This document shows positions 1 through 12,375 of a DNA stretch of 64,000 nt, piece by piece. Made by a program: the position numbers and the translations under genes. This DNA is from Klebsormidium nitens. Taxonomy: Eukaryota > Plantae > Klebsormidiophyceae. Location: assembly GCA_000708835.1 (NCBI GenBank), contig DF236950.1:287355-351354 (forward strand), read 5' to 3'. Every line of letters begins with the position of its first letter. Positions within the stretch are counted from its first letter, which is position 1. Under the pieces are notes generated by a model. It was not told where the DNA came from. It searched no databases and was given only the letters and a program-made list of their open reading frames with translations.

Positions 1-829
1 TATGTGGATGCACGTGTACTGCCAGACGATTGATTGCATCGATCATGTCATTGCATGTATATACTGAGATTCTCATGGTGACTAGTTAATCAACGCTGGT
101 CTGCATGGCATGCGCATGAGCACGAGTGATCGAGTCGGAGCGATCTAGTATAACTCAGTGCAACCAAGGATTTCGGAGCCAGTGGCATGCGGATGGCCAA
201 TGATGCTGAATTAACTGAGTGTCCTTGGGCGCGTAGCTCGAGCTCAGCTGGGTGCCAAGTCTGTGCATGTGATGCATTCAAGTCACTTGTATAGTATGCA
301 CTTCAAATCAAGACGAATTCCGCACAATGATCTGCAGCCGAGCCTTTCGAGCTCCCGCATTGATTGAGCTAGATAACGACGACTCCGTTCGATCACGATC
401 ATTGAGTGTAGCCCTCACACACTTCAAAAGAAATCATGGTCCTTTTCCATCTCCAGTTTTGGGCGATCCGTAAAGTCATATGCCAGCTTTGAATCAGTGA
501 GTTTGCTCAACAATCCTCGCGACCTGACGGCGAACTGCTGCACAACTTCACCGGCCGTTCAGCACATTGTAAGGGGCCTGCAAGTCTAATGCAGTCAATT
601 GGTAGTTTGGCATTGTTGCCTCGTAAGAGGCACACCGTCGTGACTTTACGTTGAGTGGTACCGCCGCAAGCACCCATTGCACGATTCATGTCCAGCTTCT
701 CAAAACGAACCCATCCTGCATTAGACAGCCAGCAGGATGCCAAACGGGATCAACAATGGTGGGCGCTGCACCGGCCAGCTGCGGAGACTTTCTAGCCGTC
801 TGATGAGGCCCAACGCTTCGAAATCCTCG

Positions 830-3800
830 CTAACAGAAGAACATGGTTTCCTGTAAAGCTTCCTTGATCGCTGGCAAGCGGTATGCGGCCCGCCCGGCCT
901 CCCGGCGACCCGAGCTGCCGCTCGAGACGCTCCCCCGGTCGTTCTCCGCTGAGTCCATGTAGAACCGAGCCCGGAATGCCGCCAAGTGCGCGTAGTATGC
1001 TGGCGGGGCTGCGAAAATGTCCGAGAGGTAAGTAAGAGACTGTATTCAAAACCATGATGCTTGCGCTTTGCTTTTAGAACTCGAAACGAATTGGACGTAC
1101 AAACGCTCTATTGTGCATCCGACTAATGGAGTCTATCCCTTACAGGGCGAGAAACTCGACGCCTCGTTTGGTGGACGAGACGCAGTAGCCCCAGTCAAAC
1201 CTGCCTCCTTTCTGTCTCCTAGAACCAGTCCTTCAACGCTCTTATTCTTTCCTCAAACAACTCCCCTTTCATTCCAGCTTCAATGCACCCTCTGAAAGGC
1301 TTAGTCTGTCCAATCACCCCTACAAGACGCGCCCCATCTGTGCGCCTCAACCGGTGATGTTGTGATTGTTGCAGATATTACATTTCCAGAGGTTTCCCTA
1401 GGTGCGAAGTGCTTCTCACCTAGGGAAACGGAGCGCGTGCAGCGCGCGAACGTGTAGCAGAGGCTGTTGGTCAGGTCCTGGATGGCGTCAGCGGTGAACT
1501 TGTTCTGGTCGTACAGCACGTGGTAGTGGCACGGCCGCGACGTCCCCTGGACGGACAAACCGGAACGGAATGACACGGAACCAAGACAACGCCACCTAAA
1601 CAAGCGAAGCAAGCCTGGTATGGCACGTTGATGCAAGAGTGGGGCGAGAGGCGAAGAAGTAAGTGCGCCTCAAGAAGGGAGGGGGCCCTCGAGCAACGCT
1701 TAGGAAGACTCATCAAAGAACTGGCGATGACGAAATGTCAAAGCCACTGCGCCAGTGGATGCAAGCCTACCGTCAAGGTCACTGGGCTTCCCGTCGAGGT
1801 CATCAGGAAGCCCGTGACTTATCTCCGTTGTTCTCACCTTCAAGCCGGTGTGGCTGTTGAGATAGAAGTCGAACTGGCTGGGATGAGTGATCACCCGGTC
1901 CACCACAGTGCCTATACACGCAAGAGAGGCGAGCGCAGTTAAACTTCTAGACCTGCAAACACAGCTTCTATGCAGGGACTTTGCTCGAGCGACGAGTGTG
2001 GCACTCCCATGTTCTGGACAGCTTTGCGTCTAGTGTAGGATAACCTGCTTGCTGGGGAAAAGCCCCCGAATGCACAGCACTCTTTTCTTCCGACCTGCCA
2101 GGGACTTGCTCCGCTGCCAGTGTCTCTCACGATCGTCACCGCTGTGGAAAGTCGGTCGAACTTGGCACGAAGCTTCAACCCGGACTGCTCCAGCCAAAAA
2201 ATGGGCGGTAATTTTTGTGAACTCTTACCAGCGGGAATGTTTCCCGATCTGTCCGCCTGGCGCTCGTCGGCGCAGTACAGCCGCGTTTTGTGGCGCTTCT
2301 GGCATACAATCCACGTCACATTGGGCTTGTAGCCGGGCTCCAGCTTCGCACACGTCTGCAGACAGAAAACCCTCTGTTCCCGGACAGATTGCAATGCTTC
2401 TTCTCCGAAAGAAGCAAACAATGGAAGGCGCATTGAGCAGGGGGTGGTGTCAAGGCATCTAAGATCCGGGGTCGGCGGGCAACAAGTGAGAGACATGGCA
2501 ATACAGTAGAATAATGTATGCAAACGCGATAAGCACTCAGGAGGCTATGCCCTTCAACTTGACACTTCCTGAAGATTGCAAGACTTGGGCCTAAAGACAC
2601 AGTTCTCTCAATTCAAAGACCCCCGGGATACAAAGACTGGCTGCAAAACGGCGCTAGTACGAGCAATGAGTTCTGCTATCGCGCAAACGACATAATCGTG
2701 CAAAGGGGAGAATTGGCTCGGCCGCCTCCGTCAATGGCCTTCTGAGGGATTCTTTTTCTGAGTAAACGTTGCCGCCAAGATGCCAGGAGGAATAAGGCGC
2801 CGACGGTCAAAAGAAACAGGAGCAACGACCGGGAGGCACTTACCTTCCACAGCGCTCTGAGCTCGTGCAACAGCACCTGGTAAAACTGGCCCTCGCTGAC
2901 CCCGTCTCTGCAAAGCAAAAACTCGCGGCTCGAAGAGGCTCTTTCTGAGGTGCAGAAGCTGGCCCGTTATGGGGGTGGAAGAAGCTCGAACTGATCCGTT
3001 AGGAAGCGGTTAGGAACCACAGAGCACCACCTGTTGGCACGCACTGAGCATGCACTCATTGCCCTGAGCGTGTCTTAGACTCAAGTAGCATTGGATCCTG
3101 AGCACTTCCTTATTCGCCGCGCTCCTTAGACAGATCGAACCTTAGTGGACTGCAGCACCCGGACGTATGAGACCAAGCGATGTTCGAACAACAGCCCCCA
3201 ATTGCGAAAGCTTTGTCCCCAAAGCCTCGATGAATCGGAACCAGCAACGTCCAAACGATTGAGGCTCCAGATCAGAACAAGGGTGACCGAATAGGCTCAT
3301 CTTACCGGTACATGATGATCCTCTGGGGCTTTTGGCCCGTCTTCCGGTAGAAGGCTATCAGGTGATCCCTGCGGCACGAGAAACGTCACTCCCTAAAAAC
3401 GTCACTCTATGACGGAAGCTCCGCATGGTATGGCGAACATTTCTGAAGCGCGGGTCTCAGCAAACATGGTTTGCAAGGTTTGCAGGTCCTCGCCGCTTTG
3501 GAGGCTGTGCAAGCAGCAGCTCTTGCTTGAGGAGCTAGCTTTCTGGGTCCAGATTGTTTTTAGGGTCAGGGCAGATTCAACCGCCCTGCAGAAGGGACAA
3601 CAAGTCAACATTCCGGTACCGGACTTGCTCGACCGTTGGATGGGATTCTGGTTAGCACATCTGCGGAGTAAGGGGCACGGTCTGCTAGGAATATAAGCCC
3701 CTGCTTACCTGAACATGCCCTCGGCGTTCTGGATGATCTCCTCTGTGCCTGGCTGCGCGCTCACGAGTGCTTCGTAGCGGTTCACATACGGCCAGTCCTG

Positions 3801-6800
3801 GCTCGCCACGATCTGCAGTAATAGAAGCAGGGAAACACGGTTTGCCCCGGAGATCTCAAGAGACAAAATAAATCGAGATGGAACTCTGACCGCAAGGGCA
3901 AAGCGAAGGGAACAAGAAGCAGAAAAACCAGCCTTTATCGAGCAGAAATGAACGTGCTTAGAACTTAAGGACAATGAAATTTAGCAAGAGCAGGTTAGAT
4001 TGGATAAAGAGGCAACTCAAAGAGCATGTTGGCGTTTCAAGCGGCGAGTGCTCGGATGGCTGCCAAAGCGTCGCCGACTGGAACGTGAGCGGACCAGTGC
4101 ATATCCTACGGCTGCAGGAGCGAGAAAGATCAAGGGAAAGGTCAGGGGGCACGGGAAAATTCAATGAGAAGGTCAAAGAAGCGCTCACCGCCGCAACGGA
4201 GGTGCCCTCGTCCCTCTCGCCAGGCTGTGGGTGCTGCAGACAGAAGGTATCATTGCGCGTAAGACACCGTCGAAGAGTTGTTCTTGGGTCAGTGAAAAAC
4301 TCCGTCGTAAACATGTACATACATTTCGCTCCCTGGGCGATATCCCAAAGCGACCGAAAGGAACCGCTGCGAGTCAGGCCGCCAGCCTCCACCACAGTTC
4401 TTGGACGAAGGCAAATAGCAAACCGACTCCTGAGGCAAACCACAGCGATCTGCGGCTGACGCACCGTGACGTCAGCCCCGAAGATGATGGTGGGCACGTT
4501 GTCCTCGTTGATGAAGGGCAGCTTCCCTTGCAGCTCCTTGGACAGCAAATTGTTGATCGCGGGCGCCTCGCCGTCCCCGGCCTTCACCTGCGCAGTCACA
4601 AATATGTACCGCACCTGTCCAGTCTGTAACAATCTACACTTCTTTCATCATAGGTCAAGTGTGCAATTGAATGTAATTTTCCCCAGCTACATCTTCCCAG
4701 CTTTGAGTTTTGAACACGTTGATACGGTAATAAACTGGGTATGACCACTCTGCCTCCAGCTCCGGGCACCCCGTTCAATTCTCGAGCCAAACAAAATGAA
4801 GACACTCGCATCCATTCGCCAGTCAACGACAACTTAAACACTACAACAAAAATCTAGATTCAGTTCTCCGGCAGCCCAAAGCTGATGGTGGCAACGTTCG
4901 ATATATTGAGCATAAGAATCATCATGGGGCTCTTAAGGTGCAATCCTTTGTTTCTTACTTCGAGAATCGGCGCATTTAAAGAATCTTTTTCATTCGATTT
5001 CTCAACTCGCGGCACGGCGGATCATTGACCGGCCGATTTATAGCAATATCAGTCCTTGCCATTCTAGCCTGCCAAGATGTGCGGAGGGGAGTAGTCCCTG
5101 CTCATGCAACTCGAAACAAGCTTTCAGTTGCCACGAACTACAAACCGTGAATACTTCACCAGTTCGTGGGGAAAACAGACAGGCACGTTGACCGGACGCG
5201 TCCTTCTCCTGCATCACAAAGCACGCTCTAAGAAAATCGAAGTGGGGCGTGTTCTGGACGCGGACGTCCACACCGAGCTGTTTGCGCACCTTGACGTTGA
5301 TCTTGAGCACCACGTTTGCCAGGTACTGCGGGTCGCTCTTCTGGACGTGCCTCGCGAGGCAGCACTGCGTGACCACGCCAATTTCCGTCTCACACACGCG
5401 CTTCAACGTGCCTGCACGCACAGCAGCAACCGAAGGTACAGATGTCACCGTTTTTTCCTCGACCTTGGGTCTGTTAAGCCCCCAAACCCAACGGAAAGTA
5501 CGGGGCCAGCTGATGAATCAGGCACGAGCAGAACAGAAGCGACATCGAGACAAGACGGCCGGGGCAGTGCAGGGTCACAATTGCGACACCTCGTTGAGAA
5601 ATCGATGGCCCAAGCTTCGATTTCATGCAGAAGGTTATGCTCGGGTTTGTTGTAACGGATCCTTCACGCGAACGCCTAAGGACCGACCTTTACCCGCGAC
5701 AATGTGGCACTGATTGGTGGGTATGGTATGATATCTGGATCAACATCCTCCAGGCAGAAACTTGAGAGAAGGTGAATCGACCAACAGATCGAGTATTGAG
5801 GGTAAATCGAAACTACACGAAATAGACGGTCGTTCTCACCGTACGGCTGCGCCTCCTTGCTGGGAAAGACGCAAATGAGCAGCTGGAGGCCCTGGGGGTC
5901 CGTGCGGTGCGCCTGGCTCGTGACGGCCTTGAGCGCAGCCGTCATTTCGCGCGGGCTGGAGAAGGCGTTGTCGCCCACCAGCCAGTCCTCCACCGGCAGC
6001 AGCGTCGCGGGGTTCATGTTCTAGAGGACGACAAATTCGTGTGGGTTCGTGCGATCATTTGTAAGGAGATTTTCCTCGAGTAAGGTTTGCTTCGTGATTT
6101 GACACCCGTGCTCCGTGTTGCAACCAATACGTCGGCAGACTATCATCCGAAATTCCTGTACGGGAAGGACTTGGTTGGTTCGCTTGTTGGACAGTTTACT
6201 CTCGTGACCATGGGTTTTAGGGTGAGCCCATAGGTTTTAGTGTGAGCCCATAGGGTTTAGGGTGAGCGAGGGGATGCCAACAAGGGGGTCTGAGTCGTTC
6301 TTCGAGAAGTCTGCCAGTCAGAAAACAAGTTCAGGGAGCAGATACGCAGGAAGGCCAACGTTCTAGCCGCCAAAATCTTTGGCGCTCGTCAAAGACGGAA
6401 GTATCAAGTGAGTATCAGGTACTTAAACATTGATTACGGTCCTCACCATGCCCATCTCGTTGCACTTGCTGGCGAGCCTGGATGCGAAGTTGGCGACCGC
6501 GCTTTGCATCCTCCGGGACACGAACGACAGCACGGCCCATCGGTCGATGTTCACCCCCGAGTACAAGCACTGCCGCCAGGGCAAAACGGCATGACGTCAG
6601 CAGGGAGTACGGGTCCAGCCCAGCCTCGTATTTGCAGGAAAACCAGTCACCGACGTTCACATCTCAATCCAAAAGCCAAGTCATGAAGCGGGTTTCGAAA
6701 GAGCGCTCGAGAGAAGCCGCCCGTCTGGCAGGGCCTACGGTTCAGTAACTCAAAAAATACGCGTGTCGAAAGCCGCTCCTGCCGCGTCCTAGAGCGAATT

Positions 6801-9800
6801 AGACGACATCATTGGAGCCAATTGGTGCGGGCCCGCTTACTGTGCTCCTGAGGTTCCAGGCGCCGTCTCTCGGCTGATACAGCTTGTCCTTCTGGTTCAT
6901 CTCCTTGTAAACCACCTGCGAAGAGAAGCACAGCACAGAAGTCAGAGCTCGCACCTTGGAGAGGGCTGTTGCGAAGACACACACCAAGTTCGACGATTCC
7001 TTCTGAAAAATTTGTAAGGGGTTACGAAGCAAAAGACAGAAGTTTTTCAAAATCACTCTGACCCTAACACATTCATATGAAGACGTATATGTTTTGGACC
7101 TAGTCTTCAAGAGCAAAATGAGAGCCGTGAAACCCACGAAAGTGGAGCTTGCTAGGAGACATAGTGGAGCAAAGTGGAGCTTGCTAAGAAAAACACACTG
7201 AATCACGCAACACAGAGATGCATTCGTCCGGACCACTCGCAAGACTTCAGAGAAGATGCTGACGAGCTTGCACAAACGAAGCTTATTCCTTTTATTCCTC
7301 ACCGTGGGAGGATTGAGCACCCGGCCCGGCACATCGCTCATGTCCTTGCTGATCGTTAGCCCGAACTCGCGAGCATACTCGTCACGGCCGTAGTCGTTCC
7401 TGGCCACCATCTGCAAAAGGAGCAGAAGCGAAAGCATTGGCGCGAAGAAAGCACGCACGTGCACCTCTGAAAAAGCAAGAGCGTTGACGCTTGAAATGGC
7501 AAAGACCACCAACTTGGTATGAAGGACTTTTGCAAGCGCACAGGTTGGATGTCAATCTGACACCCTTTTAGATGCAAGACTTTGCTGACCAGTCCGTTGA
7601 CTTCGACTTTGGGGCACATAAAAACAAAAGCTTGAACCAACCAGAACACAGTCACCAGGCCTGCTCATGACATACTCTGTCCTGTGGGGAGAAGTCGACA
7701 AAAATGGAGCTGATATTCGGTACGTGACTCACGCTCTCGGTGAGGCGCTTCCGCTCTGCGGGCTTCTGTTGGACAATCCTGAGCAGCTCCAAGACCTGGC
7801 TGTCGCTCAGCTTGCGCGGGTACCGCTGACCGCCCACGATGCGGCACACCTGAAAGAAATAGACGGCCTGGCATGTTGCGAATTGACTCTACTAACTGAA
7901 GGCAAGCACACTTCGCTTCCTCTCAAGGCCTTATTTTGACTGGTAGTCTACGCACTTATCAAATCTGCAATCGGAGGCGACTGCGGCCACTGGCCGAGCC
8001 GATCGCCCTCAACTCTCGTCGACTTGATGAGGGAGCAATCGGATCTTAATCAAGAAATCCAAAGCGCGCCATTGGCCCCGCAGAGGCGTAACTTATGCAC
8101 CATTCTCTTCCTTAAAGGAAGTAGAAGAGGAGTTTGCAGAAGACTCGCTGCACCCATTCATTCCAAGACAAGCGATCGAGCAGAAACTTCAATCCAACCG
8201 GTAAATAAACCTTCCAACAAGTGCAAAAGGACTGAGTTTCGCAGTTGCTTACCTCCATGGGGATGAGGACATCCTTCTTGGCCCCCACCTCGAAGCACTG
8301 CAGGCCGGGGTGCCTGAGCCTGTAGTTGTAAGCCTGCAGGAAGTACCCCTCCACGGAGATCTCCTCGCCATTGTACAAGAACCTGAAACAGCGAGCAGCG
8401 TCAAGTTGCTTTCTGGTCGGCTGCTGATTGCTTGGAGTCTAGTTTTGTCATGGTCTTGAGCATAATGTGGGTTGGTTGATAGAGAAGTGAGAATTGATGA
8501 TCCCGACAAATAGGTGGTTCAAACATGTCTCTCGAGGCTCCAGTCGAAGAGTAGAAGCCGGAGGCGATTCTCATACAGAAGAGCAATTTGAGCAGCTGGG
8601 TCACACGTCAAACTACTCTTCACACGCGCTTAGTGAGCCTCTATCTATATCATCATTAGCCTCCAAGACAAGGTCGACAAACGCTTGACCGTCGTGGCCT
8701 CACTTGAGGTCCCTCGCCGCCTTGCGGGTGATCCCCATGATGCGGTGCCGGCGGCGCATCTCCCCGCGGTGGGTCACCTCGAAGCGCACGCCAACCAGGG
8801 CCTTCCCCAACTGAAAGGGACACCAAGCAATCATAAGAGTAGGTGAGTAACAAAGACAAAACGTCAACCACGATTGACAGCCCGGCTCAGATTGTTGGGG
8901 TTGGCAGGTTCAGCAGCACCAGACTTGAGCATTCCACTAACGGTCCTGTTTCACCAGGTCCCAAAGTATTGGCTTGCAGCGATCCTAACACGCAGAGACA
9001 AGCTAGCTGCTTCACCCAGGTTCGTAGCCCACCCCTGCAAAGTCAAAGGCGCCTTTGCAGCATCTTCGAGGATGGTGAAGGAAAGTGAATTTTGCCCCAC
9101 CTTGACCCTGTCTGCGTCTCCTAGGGTGGAACCGCTCCACCTGGGCACGACCTCCGGGATGTAGTCAATGACGTTGATCGGCTTGTGGAACGCGCTGGCC
9201 GACATGTCTGCAAACAAGGCTTCAGGTCGCTTCAAAAGCAGCACGCCGACTGTCAGCGAGCCATAAATGGATGGACAAACACTCTGCTTGTTCCGGAAGT
9301 TACTTGGTGCTCCAGTTACTCATATTCTGGACGGAATTTTCAAGGAAGCCTGTCTGCCTCCTGCTTTTCTCTTCCTCAGGAAAGGACTACTCAGGATAAG
9401 CTGAGTGGTTCTACAAAGTGCTGCGATCTTTCTTACCCAGGTTCAGCATGAGCCCGCCTTGAGTAGGCCGCATGCTCTGATAGTAGCCCCGCCACGCAAC
9501 CAAGCCTCCAGAGAGGTTCACAGGGCGGTCCACGTTCTCGTTGAAGAAGGAGCGCCCCACCAGTACATTCCTGCAAGGACACAGTCCGCTTAACAGCCTC
9601 GGGACTATCCTGAAAGATCGTCCCATCGAAGTAAGACGACTTTGCCCGAAAGGCCAAGGAGAGCCACAGTGAAGCCAATAACAGGAGACACCTGTACGCA
9701 TTTCTGCATGATGCTTGATTCTCGCAACGAATCACCTCATGCGACTTCCTTGGCAACACTTCAAGCGAACGTCGGAGCACCGTCAAGCGAGCAAAAAGTG

Positions 9801-11954
9801 CAAGTGAGACTTATCCAGTACTGACGTGCTTATGATCCTCGAACTGTCACAACTAAGCGCGTATTGTCTGAAAGATTTGGCAAGTTGAGAGGGCTTACGA
9901 AAGCAGCGCCATTTCCCGCATCACAATGTCGAGCACTTGGATGGACGTCTGAGGAAGCTCCAACGACCTTGCTTCAAGGAAGCGCTGCAGCGAGGGAGAC
10001 GAGGTCAAACAGGTTGAGATTATGATAGATCAAAATAGAAGATTATGCTTGCATCTGTTTCTGCACTGGTACAGACAGAAAACATGTCAACATGCCCTGC
10101 CTGCATATACCGGTAGCAAGGAGACTGAAACGCAGATGGTGTCACCTACCTTAAAGGACTCCATGTTGATGTTGGCTACTATCGACAGCGTGACCTTGAA
10201 TCTTCTGAGCTCCCTGCAATCAAACTTTGATTTGAGAAACTTTTAGAAATGAAACGTTCCCCCTACTGAGGCTTGTAATCAGGAAAGAGGACGTGACTTC
10301 TTTTTGATTGATGGAAGAGAATATCAGATCAGAGTTGGTAAAGTACGAAGATATACCTTGCAGGCTGCCCAGGCGGCGGAGGGGGCAATGGCACCTCATC
10401 GGGGGGAGTGATGTCAGTGAACTCCCGGGAATGGAACGGCAGGGGCCCTGCGAGTGAGATAGTCAACCATACAGTGCTTCGTACACTCATAAAATGATCA
10501 AAGTTCACTTTGAGACACAAGCAATAGAGAATGGATGTGCAACCTGAAAGACTCTCCAGCAGATCTTGAAGGCACAAAAGCATGTCGATTGGCTAGAAAT
10601 CCCTACTGACAAGTGAGAGAAATGAAAACCCTAAATATAAAAACCCTAAATAAGAAAACACTTCAAGCTTGCGAACTCCTCACTTGCTGTGTACAGGCTC
10701 TTGCTTCCGTCGAAGGTGGGGAGTGCGTTTGCCAGGGTAGTGCTCCTGTGCGTCCGAACAAGCTCTCTGATCACAGCGCGGCGGATGGCTGTCTTGTCCG
10801 TGTCGGGACTGATGACAACCTGACAGACAAAGCCAGGGATATTCTCAATGTCCCTTGAACAGTCTGAGATATCTGCAGGTTGATCTGAGCAGTTGCACTC
10901 TATCAATGGCCAAAATGAAACTGTGGTTTTTCAAAGGAACAAATCAAGCACAGAAGTTGCTCAAAGATAGGAAGCTACAGCAAACATTTTAGAATGTAGT
11001 TGCTGTTAACATTTGAGGAGTCCTTTGGTTGGGGCAGCCAGCCAGAGGAAGTGGGAGATTGTTCACTTACATCATAATGGAAGAACGTCTCTTTGGAGCA
11101 GGCGGCCTTGAAGAAGTTAGCCTGCACAGCAATCAGAGTTGCCCAAGAGCGACTCAGATGCTGCATGAGTCACCTGACAGAAGTGCTGTTGAAAAGGGGG
11201 GGGTACGCTTTCAGCAATGAATTTTGCTCTTCATCTCCTTTACATGCGTGCTCTGACATGATAGTGGTCAAGCACAACCGACATATCCTGAGAAGATCGA
11301 TTGACGCACCTTCAAGTCGACCCGCCTTCCAAGCGTCCCAAAGCCCGGTCGAAGCGCCGGTTCGATATCCTTCCCCGTCGTCGGCTGCATAGTCGTGCGA
11401 GGTGTCCCCGAGCTCTCAGCCGCACTGCCAGCCCCGGATTGCTCCTTCAACTGAAGCTTCCCAATGCCTTGCGCCGCAGTCACTTCCGCTGGCAGCATCA
11501 CCCGCAGACTGGGGGCGCTAGGCTGCTGTGGGGGCCTAGGCCCTACTGGCGCACCTGTGGCAGGGGTCGCTGCCTGAACAGGTGGCCTGGGGCCTAGCGG
11601 GTTGTAGGCCGGGCGAGGGAGCATTGCAGGCCCGGGGGAGCCTGCTGGCCTGGCCCCCACCGGCTGCTGAACCTGTGGCGGTGCGCCATTGAACCCCGGG
11701 GGGGGCGTTACAGTGCCAGCGTCTGCGGGGGGTGCTCCTTGCTGAGGCCCAAGCAGAGGAGGGGTGTAAGCCCGAGGCGCGCGTGAGGGAATGCTGCGAA
11801 TGGAGGCCGACGAATTGCTTTGGGACAATGGTGGGGCATAAGGGCCTACCACTACTCTCCGAGGTGGGGCAGGGGGGCGGGGTGCATTGTCCTGCTCATC
11901 GGTGGGTGCGCTGCCACCAGAGGCCCTGCCAGCTCCCTTCTTCTTTGGGCCCAT
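830..11954 (-). CDS. AGO: Argonaute protein (eukaryotic AGO; N-ext, N, L1, PAZ, L2, MID, PIWI), about 25 exons
   Basis: Spliced exons read ANFF..HYD (11070-11120), [55 protein letters not shown] (8252-8384), and [34 protein letters not shown] (5301-5412). PIWI exons read [59 protein letters not shown] and [24 protein letters not shown] (TAG 830-832). Junctions checked are GT-AG and keep frame. Start taken as MGPKKK (ATG 11954); an in-frame upstream start is possible. Confidence 0.97.
1392..1429. repeat. 13-bp perfect inverted repeat spanning the donor site of the last AGO intron
   Basis: GTTTCCCTAGGTG (1392-1404) is the reverse complement of CACCTAGGGAAAC (1417-1429). The exon/intron border lies between 1420 and 1419. 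Confidence 0.95.
6204..6267. repeat. 20-bp tandem repeat (~3 copies) with telo-box-like and site II-like motifs in an AGO intron
   Basis: GTGACCATGGGTTTTAGG / GTGAGCCCATAGGTTTTAGT / GTGAGCCCATAGGGTTTAGG / GTGAGC. The minus strand reads AAACCCTA-TGGGCT. Confidence 0.85.
7139..7187. repeat. 16-bp direct repeat AAAGTGGAGCTTGCTA x2 in an AGO intron
   Basis: Two exact copies are visible in the sequence; function unknown. Confidence 0.7.
10625..10652 (+). repeat. Duplicated telo-box AAAACCCTAAATA x2 in AGO intron 3
   Basis: Exact 13-mer at 10625-10637 and 10640-10652, each containing AAACCCTAAA. Confidence 0.8.
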
Positions 11955-12355
11955 GCTGTCTCGGAATGCACTGACCACAGCACTTAATGTCCTGTTTTGG
12001 CAACTAGGTATGTCAATGCACGCCCCTGCATTCCATCAATTCGCAATGGAAGCACACTGCGGAGATCACATTGGGCTGCCAAAGAGGGAAAAGGTTACCC
12101 TGATGCCAGTGATGGATCCTCAAGGACCTGCCTCCTGAGCTAGCTGGAGGCTAGAGCTACCATCGCCATGGATTTGGTGGTGGAAGTCTGAACGTAAGTG
12201 CCTTCAAGTCTTGCCTGCTCATGCATGCACTGGGCCCAACGAATTTGTGCATTGCGCCTGACGGGAAGTGAACAACTAGGATTGGGATGACTAGCGATGA
12301 CTGCAAACTAGTTCAAAGAATCAAAAGTCGGTCGCTCGCGAGCCTCCGGCCTAGC

Positions 12356-12375
12356 NNNNNNNNNNNNNNNNNNNN
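12356..12375. other. Assembly gap (20 N)
   Basis: Run of N upstream of the AGO start. Confidence 1.

Noticed and set aside
800-823. CTGATGAG..CGAAA resembling a hammerhead ribozyme core, antisense to the AGO 3' UTR
   Set aside because: Stem II pairs only out of register and no suitable stem III/NUH partner was found.
830-11954. Argonaute as part of a prokaryotic-type (pAgo) defence operon
   Set aside because: It has about 25 spliceosomal introns, eukaryotic domain motifs and unrelated plant-type neighbours.
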